From positions 2,603 through 66,602 of the forward strand of contig DATAKR010000156.1 in the NCBI GenBank assembly GCA_036261495.1: a DNA stretch of 64,000 nt, in the 5' to 3' direction. The DNA is from Acidimicrobiales bacterium (GTDB taxonomy: Bacteria; Actinomycetota; Acidimicrobiia; Acidimicrobiales; CADCTF01). The notes beneath the pieces were generated by a model. The model made no database searches. It saw only the letters and a program-made list of their open reading frames with translations, and was not told the origin of the DNA. This document shows positions 1 to 8,997 of this stretch, piece after piece (positions within the stretch are counted from its first letter, which is position 1; each line of letters starts with the position of its first letter). Made by a program: the position numbers and the translations under genes.

Positions 1-83
1 AGCAGGTCCGTCCCATCCGCGACGAGATCGGCGATCGCGTCCGCCGCCTCGTCGCCGACCTCGGGCTCATGCCCCGAGCGTGA
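1..83 (+). CDS. 3' end of a gene truncated by the window edge; tail resembles LMW-phosphatase-type arsenate reductase (ArsC)
   Basis: Open frame from the window edge reads ...QVRPIRDEIGDRVRRLVADLGLMPRA*, with stop TGA at 81-83 overlapping the GTG (80) of the next gene. The family call rests on a 26-aa tail only. Confidence 0.3.
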   Translation, partial: QVRPIRDEIGDRVRRLVADLGLMPRA

Positions 84-802
84 CCGACCGTCCCACGCTC
101 GGCCGGCGGTTGTTCGCCGAGTTCCTCGGCACCGCGCTCCTCCTTGCGGCCGTCGTCGGCTCGGGGATCGCCGCCCAGCGCCTCTCACCCGGCGACGCCG
201 GACTGCAGCTGTTCGAGAACGCGGCGGCCACGGCCGCCGCGCTCGCGGCGATCATCTTCGCGCTCGGCCCGGTGTCGGGGGCCCACCTCAACCCGGTGGT
301 CACGCTCGCCGACCGCGCCTTCGGCGGTCTCGACGCCCGCAGCGCGTTCGGGTACCTCGCCGCCCAGGTGACCGGGGCCGTCAGCGGGGTCGTCCTCGCC
401 AACCTCATGTTCGGCCTCGACGCCGTGCAGTGGTCCACCCACGTCCGCAGCGGCGGCGGGCTCTGGCTGGCAGAGGGCGTGGCCACCTTCGGCCTCTTGC
501 TCGTGATCTTCGGTGTGGTGCGGTCGGGGCGAACCGAAGCCGCGCCGTTCGCGGTCGCGGGCTACATCGCCGGCGCCTACTTCTTCACGGCGTCGACGAG
601 CTTCGCCAACCCTGCGGTGACGATCGCCCGCATCTTCAGCGACACCTTCGCGGGCATCAAACCGTCCTCCGCTCCGGGCTTCGTGATCGCCCAGATCGCC
701 GGCGCCGCCGTTGCGGTCGTGGCCGTGCGGATCCTGTATCCCGGGATCGAGCGCGAAGCCCGAGACGTCGTCGTTCCCCACGACGGCGACGACGCGTCGT
801 AA
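80..802 (+). CDS. MIP/aquaporin-family channel
   Basis: 240 aa with six hydrophobic segments. First NPA box is variant (HLNPVVT), second is canonical (NPAVT). GTGA overlap with the upstream stop. Confidence 0.9.
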   Translation: MTDRPTLGRRLFAEFLGTALLLAAVVGSGIAAQRLSPGDAGLQLFENAAATAAALAAIIFALGPVSGAHLNPVVTLADRAFGGLDARSAFGYLAAQVTGAVSGVVLANLMFGLDAVQWSTHVRSGGGLWLAEGVATFGLLLVIFGVVRSGRTEAAPFAVAGYIAGAYFFTASTSFANPAVTIARIFSDTFAGIKPSSAPGFVIAQIAGAAVAVVAVRILYPGIEREARDVVVPHDGDDAS

Positions 803-848
803 TCCGCATCGCACGCCGCGCCCGGACGCATCGCGACGCTGCCAGCTC

Positions 849-876
849 TTGACGCGCGACGGTTGATGAGTACATT
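849..876 (+). promoter_or_regulatory. Candidate sigma70-like promoter for the TetR gene
   Basis: TTGACG (849-854), 16-nt spacer, TACATT (871-876), in a locally AT-richer intergenic stretch. By-eye match only. Confidence 0.25.
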
Positions 877-911
877 TAGCGCTACAACTTCTCTCGCCGA
901 ATTGAGGCCGT

Positions 912-1514
912 GTGTCACCGAGGCGTTACCGGATGACGGCCCGTGCGGCCGCCGTGGCCGAGACCCGGGAAGGGATCGTCGCCGCCGCCCGAGCCGCGCA
1001 CGCAGAGCGTGGAGTGCTGGCCACCAGCTGGGACGACATCGCTGCTCGCGCCGGAGTGTCGACCGCCACGGTGTACCGGCACTTCCCCTCGCTGCGAGAG
1101 CTGATCCCCGCCTGCGCCCGTTCGGTGTTCGACGTCATCCAGCCGCCCACCGTGGAGGAGGCCAGTGCCACGTTCGCGGTGCTCGACCGTGCGACCGACC
1201 GCCTCGAGCGGCTGGTGCGTGACTCATGCCATTGCTACGCGGAAGGTCGCGACTGGCTGCATGCGGCCCACCGCGAGCGCGACTTCGTGCCGGAGCTGTC
1301 CGATGCGCTCGATGTGATCGAAGGGACGCTCGCCGTGCTGGTCACCGCGGCCGCGGGCCGGCGTCTGCCCAAGCTCGACCACCGCACCCTCTTCGTGCTG
1401 TGCGACTTCCCGTTCTGGTGGTCGCTGCACAACGCCGGACTGTCGCCGCGCGCCGTCGAGGAGACCGTCGTGCGGCTCGTCCACACCGAAGCGGCCCGCG
1501 TGGGCCTCGACTGA
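912..1514 (+). CDS. TetR-family transcriptional regulator
   Basis: N-terminal HTH TSWDDIAARAGVSTATVYRHFPS. Alternative in-frame ATG at 933. Confidence 0.85.
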   Translation: MSPRRYRMTARAAAVAETREGIVAAARAAHAERGVLATSWDDIAARAGVSTATVYRHFPSLRELIPACARSVFDVIQPPTVEEASATFAVLDRATDRLERLVRDSCHCYAEGRDWLHAAHRERDFVPELSDALDVIEGTLAVLVTAAAGRRLPKLDHRTLFVLCDFPFWWSLHNAGLSPRAVEETVVRLVHTEAARVGLD

Positions 1515-1527
1515 ACAGGAGCCTTCG

Positions 1528-2334
1528 ATGAGAACGTCCACCCGCCTCGTGATCGCCTTCGACGACGTCGGCGACGGCGAGCCTGCCCTGGTGTGCCTGC
1601 CGGGGTGGTGCTCGAACCGCACGGTGTTCCGGCCGATGCTCCCGCGGCTCGCCCGCGGCCACCGCACCGTTGCCCTCGACTGGCGCGACCACGGTGGCTC
1701 CGAACGCCCGGCGGCCGACTACACCACCGACGACCTCGTCGACGACGCCATCGCCGTCCTCGACGAGTCGGGGGTGGGTCGCGCCGTCCCGGTGGCGCTG
1801 TCCCACGCCGGCTGGGCCGCCATCGAGATGCGCCGCCGCCTCGGCCCGGAACGGGTGCCGGGCATGGTGCTGCTCGACTGGATGGTGCTCGGCCCACCGC
1901 CGCCGTTCGTCGCCGCGCTCGCCGCCCTCCAGGACCCACGACGGTGGGAGTCAACGCGAGCCGAGCTCTTCAGAATGTGGAGTACAGGGACCGACCTGCC
2001 GGCACTCGACGCGCACATCGGTGAGATGGCCGAGTACGGCTTCGACACGTGGGCCCGCGCCGGCCGCGAGATCGCCGCCCGGTTCGAGTCGGCGGGCTCG
2101 CCGGTGGCTGCGCTGGAGCGCATCGATCCGCCGTGCCCGACGCTGCACGTCTACGCCCAGCCCGCCGATGACGCACTCCTCGCCGCCCAGGTCGCGTACG
2201 CCGGCGTGCATCCGTGGTTCGCGGTGCACCGCCTCGACGCCAAGAGCCACTTCCCGATGTTCGAGGTGCCCGACGACCTCAGCGAAGTCATCGAGGCGTT
2301 CGTTGCCGCGCTGCCGGCGGCGTCAGCTCGTTAG
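1528..2334 (+). CDS. alpha/beta-fold hydrolase
   Basis: 268 aa with AGGAG upstream of the ATG. N-terminus IAFDDVGDGEPALVCLPGW...ALDWRDHGGS is typical of AB-hydrolase-1 proteins. Confidence 0.8.
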   Translation: MRTSTRLVIAFDDVGDGEPALVCLPGWCSNRTVFRPMLPRLARGHRTVALDWRDHGGSERPAADYTTDDLVDDAIAVLDESGVGRAVPVALSHAGWAAIEMRRRLGPERVPGMVLLDWMVLGPPPPFVAALAALQDPRRWESTRAELFRMWSTGTDLPALDAHIGEMAEYGFDTWARAGREIAARFESAGSPVAALERIDPPCPTLHVYAQPADDALLAAQVAYAGVHPWFAVHRLDAKSHFPMFEVPDDLSEVIEAFVAALPAASAR

Positions 2335-2342
2335 GGTGAGCG

Positions 2343-3170
2343 ATGGCAGACCGGACGGTGCAGGACACCTTGCGGCACTACGTCGTGGACGTGCTCGGCG
2401 TCGAGACTGATCTCGCCACGGCATTGAAGTCGCAGCGAGATGCGATGCGTGCGTTTCCCGAGGTCGCCGATGCCATCGAGCGCTGCTACGCGATGGTCGA
2501 GCGGCACGGCGCCGCCCTCCGGTCGTACTTGGAGGGCGCGGGCGGAGCTGTCGAGGTGCCGCCGAGCATGGGTCGGGTGCTCGACGACGGGGCACCGCGC
2601 TCGCCTCGAGCGGTGTCCGACGTCCTGCGCGCCGACCACATGGCGTTCACCTACGCCGCGACTGGCTATGCCCAGCTGTTCGAGGTGGCGCTGCGGCTGT
2701 ACGACCCGGCCTTGCGCGTGCTCGCTCCCGCGCACCTGCAGGCGCACGCCGAGGCGGCCCACACGATCGGCGAGCTCCTCATCAGCACCGTCGCCGCCGA
2801 GCTCGCGGCCTCGGGGCTGGAGTGCCGCTGCGTGTGTCCGATGTGCAGCATGGGCATCTGCGGGTGCGTCTCGGTCGGTGGCGCGGCGCTCGGCGCGGTG
2901 TGGCACGACGACAAGGCAGCGGGCGCGGGTGCCGCACCGGGGTTTCCTCTACCGCCACCGCGTTCAGGAAGCGCGCTCGCGCTCGCCGGCATCCGGGGAG
3001 GTGCCCGTCTGCTCGAAGTGGACGGCCGGCGGGTCACGTCGATCGGCGAGATCCAGGCCGCCATCCGCTCGCACCCGATCGGGGGCGACGTCCGGCTCCT
3101 CATCGAGACGGGCTCGAGCGCGACACGCGAGATCCACGCGACGCACGTCGGCGACTATCCGCCGGGGTAG
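2343..3170 (+). CDS. Hypothetical protein: helical N-domain, Cys-rich motif and PDZ-like C-terminus
   Basis: 275 aa. Contains CRCVCPMCSMGICGC (6 Cys in 15 aa). C-terminus LAGIRGGARLLEVDGRRVTSIGEIQAAIRSHPIGGDVRLLIE looks PDZ-like. Confidence 0.6.
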   Translation: MADRTVQDTLRHYVVDVLGVETDLATALKSQRDAMRAFPEVADAIERCYAMVERHGAALRSYLEGAGGAVEVPPSMGRVLDDGAPRSPRAVSDVLRADHMAFTYAATGYAQLFEVALRLYDPALRVLAPAHLQAHAEAAHTIGELLISTVAAELAASGLECRCVCPMCSMGICGCVSVGGAALGAVWHDDKAAGAGAAPGFPLPPPRSGSALALAGIRGGARLLEVDGRRVTSIGEIQAAIRSHPIGGDVRLLIETGSSATREIHATHVGDYPPG

Positions 3171-3199
3171 TGCACTCGGGTGCCCATCCAGTCGCGAGG

Positions 3200-3949
3200 C
3201 TACGGCAGCACCGGTGACGGGCCCGGGCCGCGGCGGGAGACGAGCTTGCGGTGCACTCGGTCAGGCAACACGGGCCGGGGCGCCGGCGAGCTGAACCCTC
3301 TGGCGATCAACCAGGCGGCGAGCACCATCTCCTGCACGCCGATGGGCAGGTTGAACGCGACCTGGACCCCCGACAGCGTGCCCACGACTTGGAACAGCAC
3401 GAGCAGCCCGGCGACCAGACCGAGCGCCGTCCCCGCGAGGCCCCACGCCGACAACCATCGCGGGATGAGTCGCGAGCGGTAGAAGACCAGGTAGTACGCG
3501 GTCGCTCCCGTGTAGAAGGCGAGGACTCCCACGACGCCGGCGGCGTCGCGCAGGCTGCGCAGGAGCTCGGCCGACGCCTGCAGCGACGAGGAGGCGGTCG
3601 CGGCGGCCGCGACCTGCTCGGACAGCGCGACGAGCACCAGCGTGCCGGTGGCGGACAGCGCGTAGAACACGCCCTCGATCAGCCGGAACGCGACCGCACC
3701 GAGCGCCGTTCCGGCCGAGTGCTCCTTGAGCACCGGATAGAAGGTGATGGCGATCGCCGCGCTCGAGAAGGCCGCCACGAGCTGGAACAGGGCCGCCGCG
3801 AGCAGCCGGTCCTGGTGCAACGACACGTCGGTCAGGAAGCCGGGCCCGTCGAGAGCCGATCCGAGCAGACCGGTGGCGGTGAGGCTCGCCCCCGTGGCGA
3901 TGATGAAGAGAACGCCGGCCGCCGTGGCTCGAACATCGCGTGATCTCAT
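3200..3949 (-). CDS. Integral membrane protein, tentatively DUF4386-like
   Basis: 249 aa with multiple hydrophobic helices. The opposite-strand ORF is Arg/Gly-rich junk. Confidence 0.7.
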   Translation of the reverse strand: MRSRDVRATAAGVLFIIATGASLTATGLLGSALDGPGFLTDVSLHQDRLLAAALFQLVAAFSSAAIAITFYPVLKEHSAGTALGAVAFRLIEGVFYALSATGTLVLVALSEQVAAAATASSSLQASAELLRSLRDAAGVVGVLAFYTGATAYYLVFYRSRLIPRWLSAWGLAGTALGLVAGLLVLFQVVGTLSGVQVAFNLPIGVQEMVLAAWLIARGFSSPAPRPVLPDRVHRKLVSRRGPGPSPVLP

Positions 3950-4172
3950 GACCGCCTCCAGCCGAGGAATCCGGCCGCAACTCGCTGCTCCACCTCGCTC
4001 TCCAAGGTTGCGAGTGCGCGAATCGTCGAGCCAGAGGCGAACGTCACGGGCCCTGGTACCGATGGCTCACCGGGAGCGGCGGAGGTCGATCGGCGGTAGC
4101 GATGCGGACAGGGCGACGCGTACCAGGGCGAGTCGAGACCATGATGGTCTCATCGGTCGAGAGGAGCACATC

Positions 4173-4526
4173 GTGAGTGACCGCGAACTCGGAAGTCCAC
4201 CCGAACCGGACGTTCGCGACGTCCCCGCCGAGCACCGCTTCGTCGTCGCCTATGACGGGGCGGTCGCCCAGCTCGTCTACCGGCTGGCCCCCGAGCAGCT
4301 CGTCCTCGTGCACACCGAGGTGCCCGACGAGCTCGGGGGTCGCGGCATCGGTGGCCGGCTCGTGCGGGCCGCGGCCGACCGAGCCGCCGCCGATCATCTG
4401 ACCGTGGTGCCGTGGTGCCCCTTCGCCCGTCGCTGGCTCCGCGACCATCCCGATGTGGCCTCGTCGATTGCGATCGACTGGGACTCGGCGCCGCCCGAGC
4501 AGGAGAGCGAGACCGCCGATGGCTGA
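4173..4526 (+). CDS. Small GNAT-family N-acetyltransferase (YjdJ-like)
   Basis: In-frame GTG at 4173 after GAGAGGAG. Motif HTEVPDELGGRGIGGRLV...VVPWCPFARRWL. The longer 260-aa ORF N-terminus is low-complexity. Confidence 0.75.
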   Translation: MSDRELGSPPEPDVRDVPAEHRFVVAYDGAVAQLVYRLAPEQLVLVHTEVPDELGGRGIGGRLVRAAADRAAADHLTVVPWCPFARRWLRDHPDVASSIAIDWDSAPPEQESETADG

Positions 4527-4977
4527 TCGCCACACCCGCCCCCAAGGCTCGAGGTCGACGAGCTGGATCCGCCGGGTGGGCCGGATGCTCCTCGCGTCGC
4601 AGTTCGTGTACGGCGGCTACAAGGCGGCCAAGGACCCCGGCCGGCGGCCCCACGCGCTCGAGAAGGCCGGGGTGCCCGGTGGCGCCGATCTGGTCCGCTT
4701 CAACGGCGCCGCGATGGCGGCGGGTGGGATCGCCTTGGGCCTCGGAATCTTCCCGAGGCTGGCGGCGGCCGGCTTGTTCGCCAGCCTGGTGCCGACCACG
4801 CTCGTCGGCCACCCGTTCTGGCGTGAGGAGGAGCCGGCGGCACGGCAGGCGCAGACCGTGCAGTTCTTGAAGAACGCCTCGATGCTCGGCGGCCTGCTGC
4901 TCGAGCTGGGCTCCCGACGCGGCGAGCAGCCGGGTGCCCGCCGCGCTGCCCAGCCGGAGATCGGCGGAGGGGGATGA
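4519..4977 (+). CDS. DoxX-family membrane protein
   Basis: ATG 4519 overlaps the upstream stop. Sequence LLASQFVYGGYKA...GHPFW...FLKNASMLGGLLL. Confidence 0.8.
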   Translation: MADRHTRPQGSRSTSWIRRVGRMLLASQFVYGGYKAAKDPGRRPHALEKAGVPGGADLVRFNGAAMAAGGIALGLGIFPRLAAAGLFASLVPTTLVGHPFWREEEPAARQAQTVQFLKNASMLGGLLLELGSRRGEQPGARRAAQPEIGGGG

Positions 4978-5906
4978 GCGGGCCGGTGACCGTCACCGAT
5001 GCCGAGGCCGAGGCTGAGTGCTCCGCGCCGGAGGTCGAGGCGATCGAGATCACCGAGAGCCGCGAGAGCCGCGTCGGCGCGTTCCGCGTACGCCGGGCGC
5101 TTCCGCGCCGAGGTCGGCGGACCGTCGGCGCGTGGTGCTTCGTCGATCACATGGGCCCGGCCGCGATCACCGAGGACCGCGGGCTCGACGTCGCGCCGCA
5201 TCCGCACATCGGGCTGCAGACGGTGACCTGGTTGTTCGAGGGTGAGGCGGTCCATCGCGACTCCCTCGGGACGGAGCAGGTCATCACACCGGGCGAGCTC
5301 AACCTGATGACCGCCGGCCACGGCGTGGCCCACTCCGAGGAGGGCACCGGCCGCTATCGCGGTGAGCTCCACGGCGTGCAGCTCTGGGTCGCCCAGCCGT
5401 CCGCGACTCGCGACGGGCCCGCCGCGTTCGAGCACCATGCCGAGCTTCCGAAGCTCGACTTCGAGGCTGCCGTCGCCACCGTGCTCGTGGGTGAGCTCGA
5501 CGGCCTGGCATCGCCGGCCCGGCACGACACCGACCACGTCGGCGTCGACCTCGAGCTCCGGTCGGGAACGACCACGGTGCCGCTCCGCGCCGACTTCGAG
5601 TACGCCGTGGTCGTGTTCACCGGTGGGGTGACGCTCGGGCGTCGCACGATCGATCCCGGCCGGCTCGCCTATCTCGGCCTCGGCCGCGAGGAGATCGCCC
5701 TGTCGGTGGCTGGCCGATCGCGGGCGCTCCTCTTCGGCGGCGTCCCGTTCGACGAGCCGGTGCTGATGTGGTGGAACTACGTCGCCCGGGATCGAGAGGA
5801 GATCGTGAAGGCGCACGCCGAGTGGTCGGCCGGCGGTGAACGGTTCGGGCGCGTCGATTCGGTGCTCCCGCGGATCGAGGTCGCGCCGCCGCCATGGGCA
5901 CGCTGA
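4974..5906 (+). CDS. Pirin-family protein
   Basis: HPHIGLQTVTWLFEGEAVHRDSLG...LMTAGHGVAHSEE. Overlaps the DoxX stop. Confidence 0.9.
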   Translation: MSGPVTVTDAEAEAECSAPEVEAIEITESRESRVGAFRVRRALPRRGRRTVGAWCFVDHMGPAAITEDRGLDVAPHPHIGLQTVTWLFEGEAVHRDSLGTEQVITPGELNLMTAGHGVAHSEEGTGRYRGELHGVQLWVAQPSATRDGPAAFEHHAELPKLDFEAAVATVLVGELDGLASPARHDTDHVGVDLELRSGTTTVPLRADFEYAVVVFTGGVTLGRRTIDPGRLAYLGLGREEIALSVAGRSRALLFGGVPFDEPVLMWWNYVARDREEIVKAHAEWSAGGERFGRVDSVLPRIEVAPPPWAR

Positions 5907-6754
5907 CTCCCGCCGGGTTCTTCGGGCACGGCAGCCCGATGAACACCCTCGACCACAACCGCTACACCGACACGTGGCGGTCCTTCGGTGACGCCGTTGG
6001 GCGACCACGAGCCGTGCTGGTCGTGTCGGCGCACTGGTACACGAACGCGACGGCCGTGACGGCGATGGCCCGCCCGCGCACCATCCACGACTTCTACGGG
6101 TTCCCCGACGAGCTGTTCGCCTTCGACTACCCGGCGCCGGGTGCGCCCGATGTCGCGGAGATGGTCGCCGAGGTGGTCAAGCCGCGATGGGTTGGCCTCG
6201 ACCTCGACAGCTGGGGGATCGATCACGGCACCTGGTCGGTGCTCGCTCACATGTTCCCCGCGGCCGACGTCCCCGTCGTGCAGCTCTCGATCAACGCCCT
6301 CGAACCGCTCGAGTACCACCTCGACCTCGGGACCCGATTGGCCACTCTCCGGGAGCAGGGCGTGCTGATCCTCGGCAGCGGGAACGTCGTGCACAACCTG
6401 CGGAGGATCGACTGGGGCAATCCTCAGGGCGGGTTCGACTGGGCGCGGAGATTCGACGAAGCCGCACGCCGGCTGATGCGGGAGGCGCCGGGCGACATCC
6501 TCGAGCTCGTGGGCCACGCCGACTACGAGCGCGCCGTGCCGACGCCCGACCACTTCATCCCGCTCCTCTACGTCGCGGCGATCGCCGCGGCCACGAACAC
6601 CACGCCGGAGGTGCCGGTCGACGGCTACACCTACGGGTCGCTGTCGATGACCTGCTTCACGATCGGCGCCGACTGCCCACGCGGCACCGGTGACGACGGG
6701 TCGACGGCGCTGCCGTCACCCGACGTCGTCCCGCCGGAGCAGGCCAACATCTGA
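5894..6754 (+). CDS. Class III extradiol dioxygenase (4,5-DOPA dioxygenase / YgiD-like)
   Basis: GFFGHGSPMN...SAHW...DHGTWSVL...GSGNVVHNL. 13-nt overlap with the pirin gene. Confidence 0.85.
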   Translation: MGTLTPAGFFGHGSPMNTLDHNRYTDTWRSFGDAVGRPRAVLVVSAHWYTNATAVTAMARPRTIHDFYGFPDELFAFDYPAPGAPDVAEMVAEVVKPRWVGLDLDSWGIDHGTWSVLAHMFPAADVPVVQLSINALEPLEYHLDLGTRLATLREQGVLILGSGNVVHNLRRIDWGNPQGGFDWARRFDEAARRLMREAPGDILELVGHADYERAVPTPDHFIPLLYVAAIAAATNTTPEVPVDGYTYGSLSMTCFTIGADCPRGTGDDGSTALPSPDVVPPEQANI

Positions 6755-7522
6755 CCGTCGGGACCGCGGCTCGACCAGTGCCGTGCGGAGGCCGCGGAGC
6801 TGGGCCTCGGTCACCCCGATCGAGGCGAGGTATCCGATCACCGACCCGTGGCGGGCGCGGACCTCGTCGAGGAAGCCGTGCATGGCCTCCCGAGGGCACT
6901 CGAGGAACGCGCTCGGTTGCTTCGCCATGGTGTCGGCGGCCTCCGGGCGGTGGGTCGTGATCCAGTCGACGAGGCGCTGCATCGCCGCCGCGCTGCACTG
7001 GTAGTCGTCGGCGATCACGTCGTCGGACGCGCCGAGGGCACTCAGCACGAGAGCGGCGACGACGCCCGTGCGGTCCTTCCCTGCGGAGCAGTGGAAGGCG
7101 AGCGGCCGGCAGCGTTGGCTGCCGACCAGATCGAACACGCCGCTGATCGCGGCGGCGCCCTCGGTGAGCATCTCGACGTATCGCGCCACGAGGAACTCGA
7201 CGGCGTCGCTCGCGTCGTCGACCTCACCGCTCCAGATGGTGCGCAACACCGGGAGGTGGACGACGGTGATGTCGTCGGCGGTGAGCCGGCCGGCATCGCC
7301 GAGCTCTTGATGGGTGCGGAGATCGACGACGGTGCGGATGCCGACGGCGCGCAGCCGTGCGACGTCGTCTTCGGGAAGGCGGTGCAGCCCGTCGGCGCGG
7401 TAGAGCGCACCGCGGCGCACGACACCGTCGCGGGTCGGAAGCCCACCGAGATCGCGCACGTTGAAGGCCGCACTGAACGGGATGGTGCGCTGGGCGAGGG
7501 AGGTCATCCCGTCGTTCAACAC
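6716..7522 (-). CDS. Tyrosine-protein phosphatase (Y_phosphatase3-like)
   Basis: CX5R active site HCSAGKDRTG. Typical N-terminus NVRDLGG. Confidence 0.85.
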   Translation of the reverse strand: MLNDGMTSLAQRTIPFSAAFNVRDLGGLPTRDGVVRRGALYRADGLHRLPEDDVARLRAVGIRTVVDLRTHQELGDAGRLTADDITVVHLPVLRTIWSGEVDDASDAVEFLVARYVEMLTEGAAAISGVFDLVGSQRCRPLAFHCSAGKDRTGVVAALVLSALGASDDVIADDYQCSAAAMQRLVDWITTHRPEAADTMAKQPSAFLECPREAMHGFLDEVRARHGSVIGYLASIGVTEAQLRGLRTALVEPRSRRSDVGLLRRDDVG

Positions 7523-7776
7523 TGCCGGCTCCGCTCCGCGTTCCCGATGGTCGCGAGCTCGTCGTTCGCCACGCCCTCACCTCTCTCTCGGCCGGACCGA
7601 GGGTCCCACGCCCGCCTTATCGGGAGGTAGCCGTTGCGTGAGGTGTGGATGAACGCCAGTCGCCGAAGAGGGGTGGCCCGACGGCGTCGGCGTGGGCTTC
7701 GACCCGGCGTCGCTCGCCGGGAGCTTCGCCAGCACTAGACAGGGCATCGCAGACGAGGCGAGGGGAGGTGAGCGAT

Positions 7777-8259
7777 GTGAGCGAGGTTCCTCACGACGGC
7801 GGCGGCCCACGGGGCGCCGCCCGATGGTCGAGCGCGGCACGACCGGACGTGCTCGCCGCCATTGCGGCCGGGGGCGCGCTGGGCGCGCCGGCGCGGTACG
7901 AGGTCGCGCAGGTGATCCACGTCGCCACCGGCACCTTCCCGTGGGCGACGTTCTGGACGAACGTCTCGGGCAGCTTCGCCCTCGGGTTCATCGTCATCCT
8001 GGTGATCGAACGGTTCCCACCGACCCGGTACCTGCGCCCGTTCTTCGCCACCGGCTTCCTGGGCGCGTTCACCACGTTCTCGACGTTCGCGGTGGAAGCC
8101 GACCTGTTGATCAAGGACGGCCATGCCGCGATCGGAGTCGCCTACGCGATCGGGAGCCTGGCCGCCGGGTTCGCGGCGGTGTGGGCCGGAATCGTGGCGG
8201 CGCGCCTGATCCCGTTGCCCGACGCCGGGCGCCACCGGTCGAGAGAGGGAAGGCGATGA
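7777..8259 (+). CDS. crcB: Fluoride channel CrcB, copy 1
   Basis: [10 protein letters not shown]...[15 protein letters not shown]...[12 protein letters not shown]. Start is uncertain: GTG 7777 follows AGGGGAGG, while GTG 7849 would give a more typical 137-aa protein. GC3 rises from about 79% to about 97% after 7849. Confidence 0.85.
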   Translation: MSEVPHDGGGPRGAARWSSAARPDVLAAIAAGGALGAPARYEVAQVIHVATGTFPWATFWTNVSGSFALGFIVILVIERFPPTRYLRPFFATGFLGAFTTFSTFAVEADLLIKDGHAAIGVAYAIGSLAAGFAAVWAGIVAARLIPLPDAGRHRSREGRR

Positions 8260-8609
8260 AGCTCGAAGGGCACCAGAAGCGGCTCACCATCTTCATCGGC
8301 GAGTCCGATCACCACGGCCACACGCCGCTCGCCACCGAGATCGTGCAGCGCGCCCACGCCGCGGGCACCGCCGGTGTGAGCGTGTTCCGCGGCGTGGAGG
8401 GCTACGGCGCCTCCAACCACATCCACACCACTCGGATCCTGTCGCTGTCGGACGACCTCCCGATGGCCGTGGTGATCGTCGACTCCGAGGAGGCCATCCA
8501 GGCCTTCCTGCCGACCCTCGACGAGCTGATCACCGAAGGCCTCGTGATCCTCGACGACGTCGAAGTCGTGAAGTACGTCGGCCGAGCCGGCAACGGTCCG
8601 GGGAAGTGA
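8256..8609 (+). CDS. DUF190 (PII-like) protein
   Basis: 117 aa, [22 protein letters not shown]...[12 protein letters not shown] and GTGA overlaps with both flanking crcB genes. Confidence 0.85.
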   Translation: MKLEGHQKRLTIFIGESDHHGHTPLATEIVQRAHAAGTAGVSVFRGVEGYGASNHIHTTRILSLSDDLPMAVVIVDSEEAIQAFLPTLDELITEGLVILDDVEVVKYVGRAGNGPGK

Positions 8610-8983
8610 CGCCGGCGATCTTCGCCGGGCTCGTCGTCGCCGGCGCGGTGGGCGCACCGACCCGCTATCTCCTCGACGGCTTCGTCCAGAACCGCACCGC
8701 CGGCGCCTTGCCGTGGGGCACGTTCGTGATCAACGTGAGTGGGTCCCTGCTGCTCGGACTGGTCACGGGCGCAGGCCTCTACCACGCCTTCCCGTCGACG
8801 CCGAGGGTCTGGTTGGGCACCGGCTTCTGTGGCGCCTACACCACGTTCTCGACGTTCACGTTCGAGACCGTCCGGCTGCTCGAGGAGGGCGCCGTCACCG
8901 ACGCCTTCTTCAACGCCGGCGCCAGCCTGATCGCCGGCACCGCGGCCGCCGCGGCCGGCCTCGCGCTGGCCGCCGCGCTCTGA
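8606..8983 (+). CDS. crcB: Fluoride channel CrcB, copy 2
   Basis: GAVGAPTRY...[15 protein letters not shown]...[12 protein letters not shown]. Confidence 0.9.
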   Translation: MTPAIFAGLVVAGAVGAPTRYLLDGFVQNRTAGALPWGTFVINVSGSLLLGLVTGAGLYHAFPSTPRVWLGTGFCGAYTTFSTFTFETVRLLEEGAVTDAFFNAGASLIAGTAAAAAGLALAAAL

Positions 8984-8997
8984 CGATCCGGCGCGTC

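Noticed and set aside
7523-7860. Fluoride (crcB-motif) riboswitch upstream of crcB
   Set aside because: I searched by eye for GGnGAUGG...AACCGCC...CUGAUGAU and found no convincing match. A covariance-model scan is needed before calling it absent.
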